From Epiperipatus broadwayi (Eukaryota; Animalia; Onychophora): a stretch of DNA of 64,000 bases. Of the stretch, positions 1 through 11,630 are shown one piece after another. The notes beneath the pieces were generated by a model that worked only from the letters and a program-made list of their open reading frames with translations, was not told where the DNA came from and did not search any database. Made by a program: the position numbers and the translations under genes. The DNA is taken from the NCBI GenBank assembly GCA_028023455.1, contig JAQFVV010000007.1, forward strand, positions 10,478,001 to 10,542,000, read 5' to 3'. Position 1 is the stretch's first letter, and each line of letters begins with the position of its first letter.

Positions 1-220
1 TTTTATTTTTCATAAATGTACTTTTAAGTTTTCTTGCAATGATATATATTGCAGAAGCTTTGACTATGTGGAGAAACTGAACTGATATCAGACCCATATA
101 GCTATCTGGCTTGATAAGCTGAGTTTGAAGACATTTATGTGTCTAAAAAATTCATGCTTGCAAACTGATAGAAACTTTTTGCATAAATGCTTGGAGTTAG
201 TGTTTAGGTCTAGTTTCTAA

Positions 221-279
221 CTCCTATCCTTCACTGATGATAGCAAATCAGCTTAAAATCAGCTGATCTGAGGATGGAG
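221..279 (+). ncRNA. Hammerhead ribozyme relic with long stem I
   Basis: ctcctatccttca CTGATGA t AGC aaatca GCT t aAA ATCAGCTGAT C tgaggatggag. Stem I ctcc(t)atcct(t)ca/tgaggatggag; palindromic stem III; G12 mutated to A. Confidence 0.6.
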
Positions 280-2849
280 CCAATGAAAGAGACAGTGGTT
301 TCTGACTCTGACGTTTATGTAAACAAAAATACGCTTGTTTTGGAGGTCTTGGTAAAGCTCCATCTATTGATCAATATATATATGGGTATGTGTATTCAAT
401 CTTATTATATTATGAAAATAAAATAAATAATTTAAATAAGGCAGAGACTTTCTTAAAATAAAATAAAAATAATATTTATTAACTTAAAACAATTTAAATC
501 TATCTTTATATAAGAAAATTTACTATTATGAGTGCTTTACATACATTTCTACTACACTAGTATATAAATTTTAAAATGATAACTTCCACTACCCCATAGT
601 AGATATGTATTATAACATAAACAATATTTAATAGATTGTAAAAAAAAATAATTCCAAAGATTATGATAACACTAACTAACTAAATTTAAGTTAAACACTA
701 TAAATATGAATAAAAATTTTTGTAATATCCGAATCTTTTGAAGAGATTCCCTTTCTGTGAGACCTCCCATCTATATTATGATCTCTATTATTAAAATAAA
801 AGACCTTTTATCCAAGGATATTCTGTCTTGTCATAAGTGAATGAATTTAATATGAAGGAAAATAAAATCTTACCTTCATATTAAGTTTACTTATTACCCT
901 GGTCAGGTCACTTTGTAAGGAAGACCTAAATTTTATTAAAGAAAAAAAAATTTAACCTAATGATTTTTCCATTTTCTTTTCATTTAATGATTTTCCAAAA
1001 TGGATTATTCCAATATAAGTAGATTTTAGAAGCAAAGGAAATAAAATCAGATATTTATGGACATTAATATGCAAAAATGATATGATGTGTTGAAAGTTTA
1101 AGGTATTGTCCTATTCATTTTTCATAATTTGAGTAATACTTTTTTTAAAGAATAAAGTTCTTTTATTTTCTGGTCATCAATCATCAGTGAGGCAATCAGT
1201 ATACTTCATTGTTCCTAAAAATTCCTCTTGCATAATGTTGGCATCCCTTTTCATAAATTATTTTGATATAAATTAAAATTAGATATTGAATTATATAGAT
1301 GAACTATATATATATATGTATTAGGCATTTCAGTAGGTATGAGTAATTACACTGCTTTATGTTAAAACAACAGTATTTGAACCTATGGCAAATTGTCTTT
1401 ACTCACAATGCTTTTTCTGTATCTTAAAATAATTTTATTTAGATATAAAATGTTTTTGATGATATTTATCTTACTTGAAATTCAAGTTTAGAATGACATC
1501 ATTTAGAATTTCTCTAATTTTGAAATTATTATTAATGATATTAAAGAGTAATTTACTTACTTTTTTCTTGAGTGATATTAGAGTTCTCTGCTAACAAAAA
1601 TTTTACAAATAAGGAAATTTGTTCAAACTATTTATCCATCTTTTTAATGTGTTCAGTATTCAAACAGCAAAATAAGTATGCATAGTGACTAGTTCATTTG
1701 TAAAAGATAGAATTAATTTGGAAATTATTTGATTTAGCTTTTTATTAGGATTGACTTCCGATAGTTAGCATGTGTTAAATTACTATTTTATTTCATGATT
1801 TTGTATTCAGTTATTGTTGAATGCATCATAATTAACATTTGTATAATTGAGTTGTAGTTTTACTTCTTTCGTGTTTGGTTGCTAAGATATGACTTGACCT
1901 AAGGTCATCTTTATGTTTTGCATCTTGATTAGTAATGTTAGTTAACTTAATAAATATTTTATACATATATATGAATGATTGAAATATAAGTATACTTTTG
2001 TTATTAAAATTTTATAATATAATGTTTAAGATATATACATGTATATATATGTATTTTAAAATAAAAGGATAACATATTTACTATTTATAAACTTAAAATT
2101 ATATTTTTAAGTTTATGGTTTGTTATTATACATAAACAAGTGACCTTAATGAGATTGTAAGTTACTCTTACAATATATAATATTATAATGTATAAACAAT
2201 AACATATTCTGAACATTGTTGTGATTATTTTTACATTCAGCATAAGAATGTCAGTCAGCTTACTTTTACATTTAACATCTTTGTTTTTTTCGGAAATATT
2301 TTCACAAAATAATTAAAATTTGGGATATTCCACTTGAAGAAGATCATGCAATGGAGTATTTTTAAAGATATGAAATTCTGCTCTTCCGACTGCACAAAGA
2401 AGAAGATGCATTTGTGACAACTTTGAACACTATTATGGATTTTTTACCACTGACATGATAACCTATGTATGCTATTTTGTTTATTGCAGTTTTAAATTTA
2501 TTATATTTACAATTCACTGTTATATTTTTATGTTTTTTTTTGTTTTTATAATAATAATTTAAAAAGGGTAAATTTAAATATGACAGCTTGTGTGACATTG
2601 AAAATGTATAATTCAAAATAACACAGCTGTCATCTTGGATGACATGATAATACTCAAGTACCATGATGCATTATACATTATCTTAAAAAATGTTCTCGGC
2701 TTATTTTCAGATGCAAATAGTTCTATAGAAAAATGTTGCAATAATTTTCAGGTGACAGTATGAAAATTAGATGATAAATAATTAACAAAATGACTAAAAT
2801 AAGGTTCAATGGATTTTTTTAATAGAAAAATTATTGATAATCACAAATT

Positions 2850-3295
2850 AAAAGAAATTAACTGCAAATATCTGGAGTAAATTATTAATAAATATGAAAT
2901 GCAATGGATAGAATTAATCATAGAATCAAACTTAGATGGATGTTTTGATAGAAATAACTTAATGTTAAATGCAGGGACATTTAATAGAAAAATAACAGAC
3001 TTGAGACAAAGCATATGAATATATAGGGATCAAAAGCAAAATACTTGGGTGAGAGTTCAAACTGCTATCACTGACATTTGTGAAAACTGTGAAATAAAAT
3101 TGGGTTGGAAAATTAGTAGAAAACATGATAATTGATGGTCAGTTGAAGTATTAAACCTTATTGCAAAGAATATCTAGCCTACATATGAAATGGATGGTGG
3201 AAATAAAAAAAGTTTTCTGGTGTGTTGTTTAAAAGAGGATACAAATGGATTTAAATTTGAAGAGACCTTCATCCTACAGTGAATCAACAGTAGTT
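2850..3295 (+). mobile_element. Degenerate RTE LINE 3' fragment
   Basis: Aligns by eye to 23560-24140, e.g. aatcatagaatcaaacttagatgga, atgaaatggatggtggaaataaaaaa, gaagagaccttcatcctacagtg. Confidence 0.7.
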
Positions 3296-3429
3296 GAAAA
3301 TAGTAGCGATTATATACTAATTATTATCTATATATATTTGATTTTCAAGAAATAAAAGTTTCCCTTATGATGATAATTCAGCCTTTCTTCAAAGAGAAAC
3401 TTAACACATACACACATCATTAAAACCTA

Positions 3430-3905
3430 GTCAACACTTAATCCCAATATCAATAACAATCAACAATTTTTAAACTGTTGTCAAGGCAACCTCCTTTTAA
3501 CAATTGATCACAAGATTGAAATTATTGATACAAAGAAGTTTAAATAAACTGCTTTAAACAGATAAATAGACTAATAATCAATTATAAGATTACAAACTAC
3601 AATTATAAATTTCAAATTCCACCCAAGGTATTATTTAGATAATAAGTGTAATAATGTTCAAGGCTAAATGGGTTTATAAGTAATCATTGAAAGCAGTAAG
3701 CACTTGAACAATCCCAATATCAATAACAATCAACAACTTCAAGCTGTTGTCAAGGAAACCTCTTTTTAACAATAAGAGTGGAACCCTACCTTTATTAATG
3801 GTCCAATATACTTATATAGACAGTAAAAATTGCAATTTGACCACAGAGATAGAAATTATTGATACAAAGACATTTACATAAACCTCCTTAAACAGATAAA
3901 TATAA
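3430..3905 (+). repeat. Direct repeat pair (3430-3590, 3705-3905), probable PLE 3'-end relic; third partial copy near 49000
   Basis: Shared aatcccaatatcaataacaatcaacaa...ctgttgtcaagg(c/a)aacctc...gaaattattgatacaaaga...taaacagataaata. Confidence 0.5.
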
Positions 3906-4789
3906 CTTATTCAAATATATATATATATGATTAAAATGATCTTATTTACAGCTGTTTTTTAAGGAGTATGATTTCTATGAATCCATTCCAAGTTTTCACG
4001 AATGTGTAGTTTTATTGATTATATCAGAATACTTTTTCTTCTTCTCTATGCCACTTACTATAAGCTTTAGTAAGTAATAATAGATGACAGATGATAATAA
4101 ATCTTAATCTTATTGTGGCTTATTACCAGCTCTTATTAAGCAGAAAGAATGCATTTTTTTTTCATTCTACATTTTATTACCAGAATTGTGAATTTTGTTT
4201 CATTATAAAGGTAAAGTTGTTTTATATTTATTGATTAAATGGATGCTTTGCATGGATGCCCTAATAGAGGGCCAAACTCTGGAGCACAAAAGTCTCAGAT
4301 CCATTACAGTTTTGCCACTGTGGGTGCTTGAACTTGTTATGGACTCCTTAGCAATAAAGCCATTCAATTATTTATTTATTGGTTATTTAATAAGCCTGGT
4401 ATAGCAAGCACAATAATTTGATATGCATTGGCTGGTCGTGCATTAGAATGGTGATATTCTCTAAGGTTGTCCTGAGAGACAATATTTGGCAGAAATAAGA
4501 TAAGCATGTAGACAGTCATAATCATTTCCTCCCCTTTGCCCAATTGAAATAATCTTATAATTTTGTCTTTTATTTTTATCGACTAGGATCATTATATTTA
4601 ACAATGAACAAAGTAAATTACTCTTTGTTACTGAAATGTGTGAATTTGAATGAATATTGGCAACAGAATTGTTTGGATGACTAAAACAACCCTACCCCAT
4701 TAATAATTATTTGTATAATATTGTATAAATTTTTTTGTTTGTTTTACTGCATTTTTTCTCCTGAATATTCAAATAAATAATTCGCTGCT

Positions 4790-4890
4790 CAGGAATTTGT
4801 AAGAAATTTGAGCACCAGAAGTGATAGGGCAGAAGTCATGATCCACAAACTTTTAGCCCCAGAACCCACAATTCTACCACTGCACTAAAA
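4790..4890 (-). repeat. tRNA-derived SINE-like monomer, same family as the 13.1-13.5 kb array
   Basis: Minus strand reads tagtgcagtggtagaat (A-box/D-arm-like)...ggatcatgac; body matches the 13087-13545 unit. Confidence 0.55.
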
Positions 4891-5579
4891 TATATAGAAC
4901 AATATTTGAATGAATAATTGCTAAAGGGCCACGTGATATCAAATCCAAAGAAATTCAGTTTGGGAAATTTAGCTATTAAATCATGCTACCATGGGCCAAA
5001 TTGAATATGGCAGGGAGTCTGCAGATGGAACTCTATAAAGAATGCAATCAATGGAATAATTGCTACTCTGGATATATATAGAGTACTATTGAATTAGAAA
5101 GGATCAGTTGTGTGGGTGTGCGGCATAACTGCAGTATGCAGAGCCATTACTGTTATATTAATGTTGATTGTATACACAATGTGTGCCTCATTACCAGTGA
5201 AGAAGAAATTTAAATTTAAAGGAATTGGTTTTCACCTTAAAAGTAGATTACAGTAATTACCACTTCAATTTTTTAAAATAATAGTTCAGTATACCATATA
5301 TATATATTCACACACACACACACGTATCACCTAATTGTACTCTTTTATTAGATAATTTATGTTTGTTTATTTTCTTACAGTAATTCTAACATACTTGGCA
5401 TTTCCCTCTTTTTCTTTGGCAGGATATTAATAGTGCATTATGGGAGTTGATTTACTAATGAAGGAATCCCAAAATCAATTTCCTGGTTGCAGTTGCTGTT
5501 AGATTTCTTCAGAATTCTTTTTCCTGCTTTCTTTCCTGGCTGTTATTTTGTTAATCAGTAGACAAGTTTTTATTAGTTA

Positions 5580-5975
5580 TTGGCTGCGCGCTCTCTCTAG
5601 CTTATCTTAGTTAAATCAATGCTGTGAATCATCTTTAGCAACTGCTACCTGATAGAGATTCTGGAAGAACATTCGTATGCATTTTTTATAGCATTTTTTA
5701 AAAACTCTATTTATTTTTCATAAAGAAAATGTTAATATATTGGATTTTAAAGTATTAAATACAGGATTTTAATAAAATGTATCGTATATATTATTTTGAA
5801 TGCGATCTTATTTTTATCGTTTCATTCAATTTTTAAAATGGGATTAAAGTGTGAAAAGATCGGATCTGTTTTTTAAATAAATTTTTTTTTTTTTTCATTT
5901 ATTTACAGACCAAAAAAGCTGATTTATATATTTCACTACTGTATATCTCATTGACGTCATTGAACGAATTACGAG
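5580..5975. promoter_or_regulatory. CpG-retaining candidate regulatory region with a perfect CRE (TGACGTCA, 5952-5959)
   Basis: About 10 CpGs in about 400 bp of non-repeat DNA against a CpG-depleted background. Confidence 0.3.
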
Positions 5976-5977
5976 AC

Positions 5978-6225
5978 AGAAATGGAGCTGAGGCTGGACA
6001 TGTTAAAAAATTTGATGATATATGGATAACTAAAGTCCTTATAGATCCCAAGAAAAGTGAGAGATCTAGAAAGGGACCATATAGGAGATGGATAAAAGAT
6101 CTGAAAATGTTAGGCTGGTGTAATATAGAAAAAATGAGCTATAAATTGAAGAAATGGCTAAATTTGGAAGGGCTACTCTGCAGTGGATCAATAATGATTC
6201 TAAATGATGATTATATAGGATGAGG
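5978..6225 (+). mobile_element. Degenerate RTE LINE 3' fragment
   Basis: KWS-AGHV...W...P...R.KGP.RRW.KD (ORF 5951-6223) ending ctgcagtggat...gatga, like the 24.1 kb RTE end. Confidence 0.75.
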
Positions 6226-6469
6226 TTTATAAAGTAATAAATAATTATATAGACCAGGGGTCAGCAACCTTTTAGTAGTATCATGCCAAACCTATGTTAT
6301 AATGTTATTCCATATGCCGACATTATTTTACTAATCTTATTATGTTGTATATTATCAAGATTGGTTCAGTTATAATGATCTTCAAAGTTATATGTAATAT
6401 TATAGTATACAATATATACTACTATATAATATATACTTTTGAAGTTCATTATAACTGGATCTTATATTA

Positions 6470-6708
6470 AGCCAATAAACATCACATGATCACCATTTTT
6501 TATGCTTGCTTATAACTGTTATTAAAACAGGCAAAACTAGGTGCAGTGCGCTCAGGTCCAAGGTTCCTCACCGATGAAGGCTTTAAGCCAGAAACTAGTC
6601 TGAAGATATTGGATGGGTAGGCACTAGATGAGGATTTTATGCACAAGCCTTTTGGCATCCATTGATTATTCTGGCTTGCACTGAGTGGCAATATGTATAG
6701 AGAGTTTT
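6470..6708. mobile_element. Family A HHR-bearing non-coding retro-insertion with internal inversion, nested in the hAT
   Basis: TSD GGATCTTATATTA at 6457-6469 and 6709-6721. 6470-6537 is antisense 3' end; 6538-6708 is sense HHR segment. Confidence 0.85.
6565..6606 (+). ncRNA. Minimal type-I hammerhead, family A
   Basis: cctca CcGATGA a GGC tttaa GCC a GAA ACTAGT C tgaag; palindromic stem III; U4 mutated to C. Confidence 0.75.
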
Positions 6709-6913
6709 GGATCTTATATTATTGGTCATTCAATATTTCAAAATATATAAAATCACATGTGAAAAGTACCTTTTGTTAAATTTGTAATTTTAACATGCTT
6801 ATTAAAAGTTGTATTACAAATTATAAATTACAACTTTTTACCTATACAAAATATTTAAATAAGAAAAAAATATCATGAATTCTAATATGATTAGTCATTT
6901 TTTATTATTAAAA

Positions 6914-8830
6914 TTAATTAATGTGAACCTGTCCTTGTACCTCTTTGCCCAATTGCTCAATGTCAGGTGTGAAATTGGTCACTTTTAGCTTCATGCATGC
7001 TTTTGAATGTTCAGGTGTTAGACAACTTCTTTGTGAAATCAAAATATTTTTCATGTGAGAAAATTTGTTCACATAAGTAAGTTGAACCAAATGCCAAAAG
7101 CAGAGCACAAGCAGTTTTTTCAAAAAATTAAATATTTCAGGTAATGATGTCTAACAATTGAGAATGTCAGCTGACTTTTCTAGACAGTTCCATTCAAGAG
7201 TTCTCTGCAGTTCTACAAATTTAGTTTTCCACAATTCTGATGACATTAATTCGATTAATTTCATTTCAAAACTATCAATATCCATCCATTCAAAAAGAGA
7301 TAAATTAAATGGAATCATCTTTAAATCAATTAAGTCAGGTTTGATGAGGAAAAAAATATGGGTATGTATATTTGGAAGTCTTCATAACATTTGGAAAATT
7401 CTTCTCTGAGAACTTCAATGTATTTTTGAAGTTCGTCTTTGTTAATGTTAAATTGATTAGCATGGGTTTTTACATTTAGAAAGTACTTGTAGGTGTTACT
7501 GGAAATATCATGCCAAAATATATCTAATTTTGATGCAAATCCTTTCCAATATTCAAAAAGTTCTAGTACTTTTTGACCCTTCCTTTGCAAATGCAAGTTT
7601 AACTCAGTCAGGTGTTGAGTTATATCAGTCAGAAACATCAATTTGCATAACCAGTCTTCATCATTTATTTTTGGATAATGTTCTTTTTCATCAAGAAACA
7701 TCTTGATTTCTTTCAGACATGATACAAACCTGTTCAAGACATTACCATGACTATTCCAATGAACATTGCTGTATAGAGGGAGGTTCATATATGCACCATT
7801 CATTTCTTGCAAAAGGGATTTGAATTGCCTATGTGTCAATGAAGAATGAGAAACTATGAAATTAACTATTTTAATGACAGTGTCCATTACAGAATTCTTG
7901 TATTGTGATGAGATTTTTGCAACTAAATTTTCCTGGTGTATAATGGAGTCGAAACTCAATATTCGGTGTTTAATATGATTTTTAAGAAGTTTAACAAATC
8001 CCTTTCCTTTCCGACCATTGTATGGCTGGCATCAATAGTAACACTAAATATTTTATTTATGTTAATTTTTTGATTTTCAAAATAATTGAAAAATGCAGTG
8101 AAAATGTCATGTCCCTTTGTTATACCAGTAAGAGGAATCAAGCAACACAATTCTTCATAAATATGATTGTTGTCACAATATTGTGGGAGCTATTGCTAGG
8201 CGTGCCACATTATTTACATCAGTGCTTTTATCAACAGCAACACTGAATGCAACAGCTTGTTGTAAACTGTTTTTTTGTTTTGTTGTTACATCTTCAGCCA
8301 TGTCAGTTATTCTTCTTTGAATTGATCTTGCAGAAACTGATGTTTCTCAAATATGAAACAGTATCATTTGTTTATTTGGAAGATCACTGAATAAGATTTC
8401 AGCACTTTTCAAAAATGTTTGTCCATCTGTGAAAGGTTTGCCTTTCAGAAGCCACACAATGAGTAATTGTATAACTACATTCGGTGGCTTTATTTTGGGA
8501 TCCAATTATTTGATTAAAATAAATAGTTTGTTTCTTAAAGGCAGAAACAGCTCTTTTTATAGCTTCACTTTTCTCATCTGAGTTTTTAAACATGAACAGT
8601 TGTTTAGTTTGATAATGTCTTTGTACACTTGAGGTATGACACACAATACTTCTGCAGCATAATGTACACACAGCCTGGTCTTTTTGTTGTACAAATCCAT
8701 ATTCATTTGTCCAAGAGTCTCGAAAAGAGTGAATATCACATTTTTGACTTTTGTGGAACATTTTGGAAATCTCTACTATGCCAAAAGAATCTCTTTTTTG
8801 AAAGAAGCACCACCAATGAGTGTTGATTAT
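6914..8830 (-). pseudogene. Disrupted hAT transposase
   Basis: BED-like N-terminus (W..EYGF.....AVC.LC...V.RHY), SIIHQE (CxxH region), LMFLTDITQHL.ELNL.LQ, C-terminal FSHMK.....RS.LT.EH dimerisation region; split over several frames. Confidence 0.88.
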
Positions 8831-9334
8831 TTATCATTCAACTACCAAAAATAGCTTTCTAGAATTGATAACATAATAAGCTTTTTATTTGGATTACAAT
8901 CTCATTTTTTAATATTATCAGAAATAAAATGTGAATATGTAGAATTTATTTTGCTTGCAAACAAAAATATATTTTAAATGAAGTCAACTGTATTATTTTC
9001 TGATAAATAATAATTTAATCATAAATTCAATGTTGAACATGAAAACAAAAATAAAAATGATGCTGTAATTAAAAAAAAATATTTTTTTACTATTTCAATT
9101 CATTCCGAGTGCCATCGGTAATCATTGGCTTGCCAAGTATGATGCATGTGCCATAAGTTGCTGATTCTTGATATAGACAGTTGTACAGCTTAAGTAATTT
9201 TTGAATACCAAATAGATAAGCTGAACATAATACCATGTAATTATTTCAGAATGTGATTTTGTTTTTAATTTTGTTATTGATGAATTGACTTAGAACATTT
9301 TAGTCCTTAACATAAGCAAAACTTTCTATACAGT

Positions 9335-9447
9335 AGCACCACTCAGTGCCAACTAGAGTAATCAATGGATGCAGAAAGGTTCGTGCATAAAATCCCTATC
9401 TCATCCAATATCCCCAAACTAGTTTTTAGCTTGTGGCTTTCATCCTC
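9335..9447 (-). mobile_element. Family A fragment with truncated, degenerate HHR
   Basis: Reverse complement gGATGA a AGC cacaa GCT a aAA ACTAGT t tggggatattggatgag...ttttatgcac. Confidence 0.7.
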
Positions 9448-9704
9448 TATCATTCCAGTTGTTAACATTATAGACTCTTGTTTATTCAATGTACTTTAAG
9501 AAGTGAATGTATAAAAATCAATATTCTCCCTAAATAAAATTCTTTTTAAAACTATATTACTAAAGCTTTTAATGTATGATGTTCAGTTCCATATGATTAT
9601 TTAAGTTAGATAAAGCTGCATTTGAAGACATATGGATTCCATTTCAGATTTTCTACTTAATAGTTAAACATTAGATAAAATTCTGGGCTTGATCTAGTAT
9701 TTTC

Positions 9705-9870
9705 AATCTAATGCTTGAATATCCTAGCACCTCACTGATGAAAGCCAGAGCTAGAAACTGGTCTGAAAATAAGGATGTTCTGAAAAGCTTGTTAAGAGCT
9801 ATTGGTAGGCTCATTATATAACATTTGTAATACAAGCTTATTAAATTAAGTCACATGATATATGACTTGA
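9705..9870 (+). mobile_element. Family A' element with HHR at 9730-9767
   Basis: cctca CTGATGA a AGC caga GCT a GAA ACTGGT C tga; intact core; stem III probably ancestral ACCGGT. Confidence 0.75.
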
Positions 9871-10934
9871 TTTCCTTGCAATGTCAAACTTTATACCTTC
9901 ACAGTTTTGCCACTATCCATTCAAGTTAATATTAATTATTTTTTAAGCTAGAGATCTTATATGTTTCCTAATTTGTATAAAAATTGTAAACTTCAGTTAA
10001 AATTTTTTAAAACAATTTTAAAAGCATTATTCTTTGATGGTAATTATTCTTATAATTGTGACTTAAAAATTTTTTTTATTCAGAAACTGATTTTGTTTGA
10101 AGTCAATGTTTCAAGAATTCCAGTCACTTAAGATATAAATTTTAAAAAACTTATTTTTGAAATAATTTTGGCAAATCAGGATGGTTTAGGATCAGTGTCT
10201 CATTATATTTACTTCAGAACTATCTACTATAAATTTGATTTACTAATGAACACTAGATGGTAGTATTATTACCATAAGTTTAGGTTAGTTTCTGACCAAC
10301 TGCCCTGTGTGTCTATACCTAATATTTATCTTTAATTCTTTTATGCTACCAAGAATAATAGCCTGGAAGTCAAAAACTCTAAGGTTTTCAACGCAATACA
10401 GTCTGGTTGTATATTTATATGGATGTGACACTTGGATTTTTTTTTTTACTGGCTTCAGTTGTATGTAGATCCTTTTTTATTTTTGAGTAGGATAGTATCT
10501 ACCACTAACACAATATTACACAAAAAATAGCTATCTAGTCAAAGCACAGTTAAGTCCAAAAACATTACCAATTTGCAAACTAGATTCATAAAGAGTCATT
10601 TAATGAGCTTTCAAAAAATTCTCACCTTTTTTTATAGATTGGCATTGGTATAAAAAAGATAGACCATAACAGCAAGATCATTTAAATGATTCTTTTGGGA
10701 GTTTGCTTGCAAATTATCTTAATATTTTCAAACTTGATTGTTCCTTGAATAAATTTGTAATATCAGTGTTACATATTTGAGAACCCAGAAATTTATTTAT
10801 GAGCTTGTTAAAACTTAATTTTTTTCTGAATGTAAATGAATTAATGCGTTCACTTTTGTTATTTGTTTAAATCCACATGATTCAATAGAAATACTACCCT
10901 CCCCCTCTTTTGTATTTTTATTTTACTTTAATTT

Positions 10935-11080
10935 TCTGTTTTGTCTGATGTGAAGCCTTCATTAGAGATCATGCTTTATCTTGTTAAAATAGATTAACAT
11001 GTGCAGTAAGGCAACTAAAATAATTAGATTAACAAGTTAAAAAATAGATCTCTGATGAAGGCTGTAAGTCAGCTGAAACA
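10935..11080. ncRNA. Divergent pair of HHR-like motifs (10935-10972 minus, 11047-11080 plus)
   Basis: gatct CTGATGA a GGCTG taagt CAGCT GAAAC on plus; gatct CTAATGA a GGCT tcacatc AGAC AAAAC on minus; stems I and III poorly preserved. Confidence 0.5.
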
Positions 11081-11383
11081 AAAAATAAAAATCTCTTTAA
11101 AAAAATTGCAAAAGTAAGTTATGTATTTTATTATATCATAAATCTTTCTCTGCTTTTATTTGATGAATGCCCTTAAAAACATTCATAAAATATATAAGAA
11201 AAAAGTCATGTGACTTCTGTTGGTACAAGTTGAAAAAACAGAAAAAAATTTAATGACCTTTTAAAACATGTGCTATTTAAAATTTGTAATTATATAACGG
11301 TCCATAGCTTAAAAAAAGTTTAGAGAAGGGCAGGATAGATACTACAATTTATAAAATAAAAGTTTTTTTTTTTATATGTCAAA

Positions 11384-11454
11384 ACATTGACCGGGAAGTG
11401 AACCCGAGCTGGCTGCTTAGAAGGCAGCTATGCTAGCCACTAGGCAACCAACGC
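11384..11454 (-). pseudogene. tRNA-Gly(TCC)-derived pseudogene or SINE head
   Basis: gcgttggttgcctagtggctagcatagctgccttctaagcagccagctcgggttcacttcccggtcaatg closely matches eukaryotic tRNA-Gly-TCC. T-loop is TTCACTT; followed by tttgacatat plus an A-run. Confidence 0.75.
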
Positions 11455-11550
11455 TTGTCTAAATTAAGTTTTATTTCTTAAATATGATAGATTTACAAAA
11501 AGTGAATCAAATTTTAATGTCCCCCCTTTTTTTTTTCCTCATGTGTCATA

Positions 11551-11630
11551 GCATCAGCCGGAAAGCAAACCCGCTAACCTGGGACAACTGCTTGTAAAAC
11601 AGCTGTTGCTGACCTCTCGACCACCAATGC
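11551..11630 (-). pseudogene. tRNA-Gly-derived repeat with TAC at the anticodon position and a T-arm insertion
   Basis: gcattggtggtcgagaggtcagcaacagctgttttacaagcagttgtcccaggttagcgggtttgctttccggctgatgc; paralog at 45076-45155. Confidence 0.65.

Larger units (their letters stand above)
6255..9170 (-). mobile_element. hAT DNA transposon, Buster type (SPIN/GTF2IRD2-like), 2916 bp
   Basis: TIRs CAGGGGTCAGCAACCT and CAAGAATCAGCAACTT (12/16 match). Perfect 8-bp TSD ATATAGAC at 6247-6254 and 9171-9178, with the central TA typical of Buster. Confidence 0.92.

Noticed and set aside
841-890. 13-bp inverted repeat ttaatatgaagg/ccttcatattaa
   Set aside because: Single short AT-rich hairpin with no TSD or family.
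1165-1193. cctca-CTGATGA...GAAA on minus
   Set aside because: Core present but no convincing stem II or III.
2362-2664. 100-aa minus ORF and plus-strand IWDIPLEEDH peptide
   Set aside because: Low complexity, no recognisable domain, no supporting splice sites; a weak transposase resemblance could not be extended.
4930-5150. Possible RTE C-terminal relic (GHVI...RW)
   Set aside because: Too degenerate to call.
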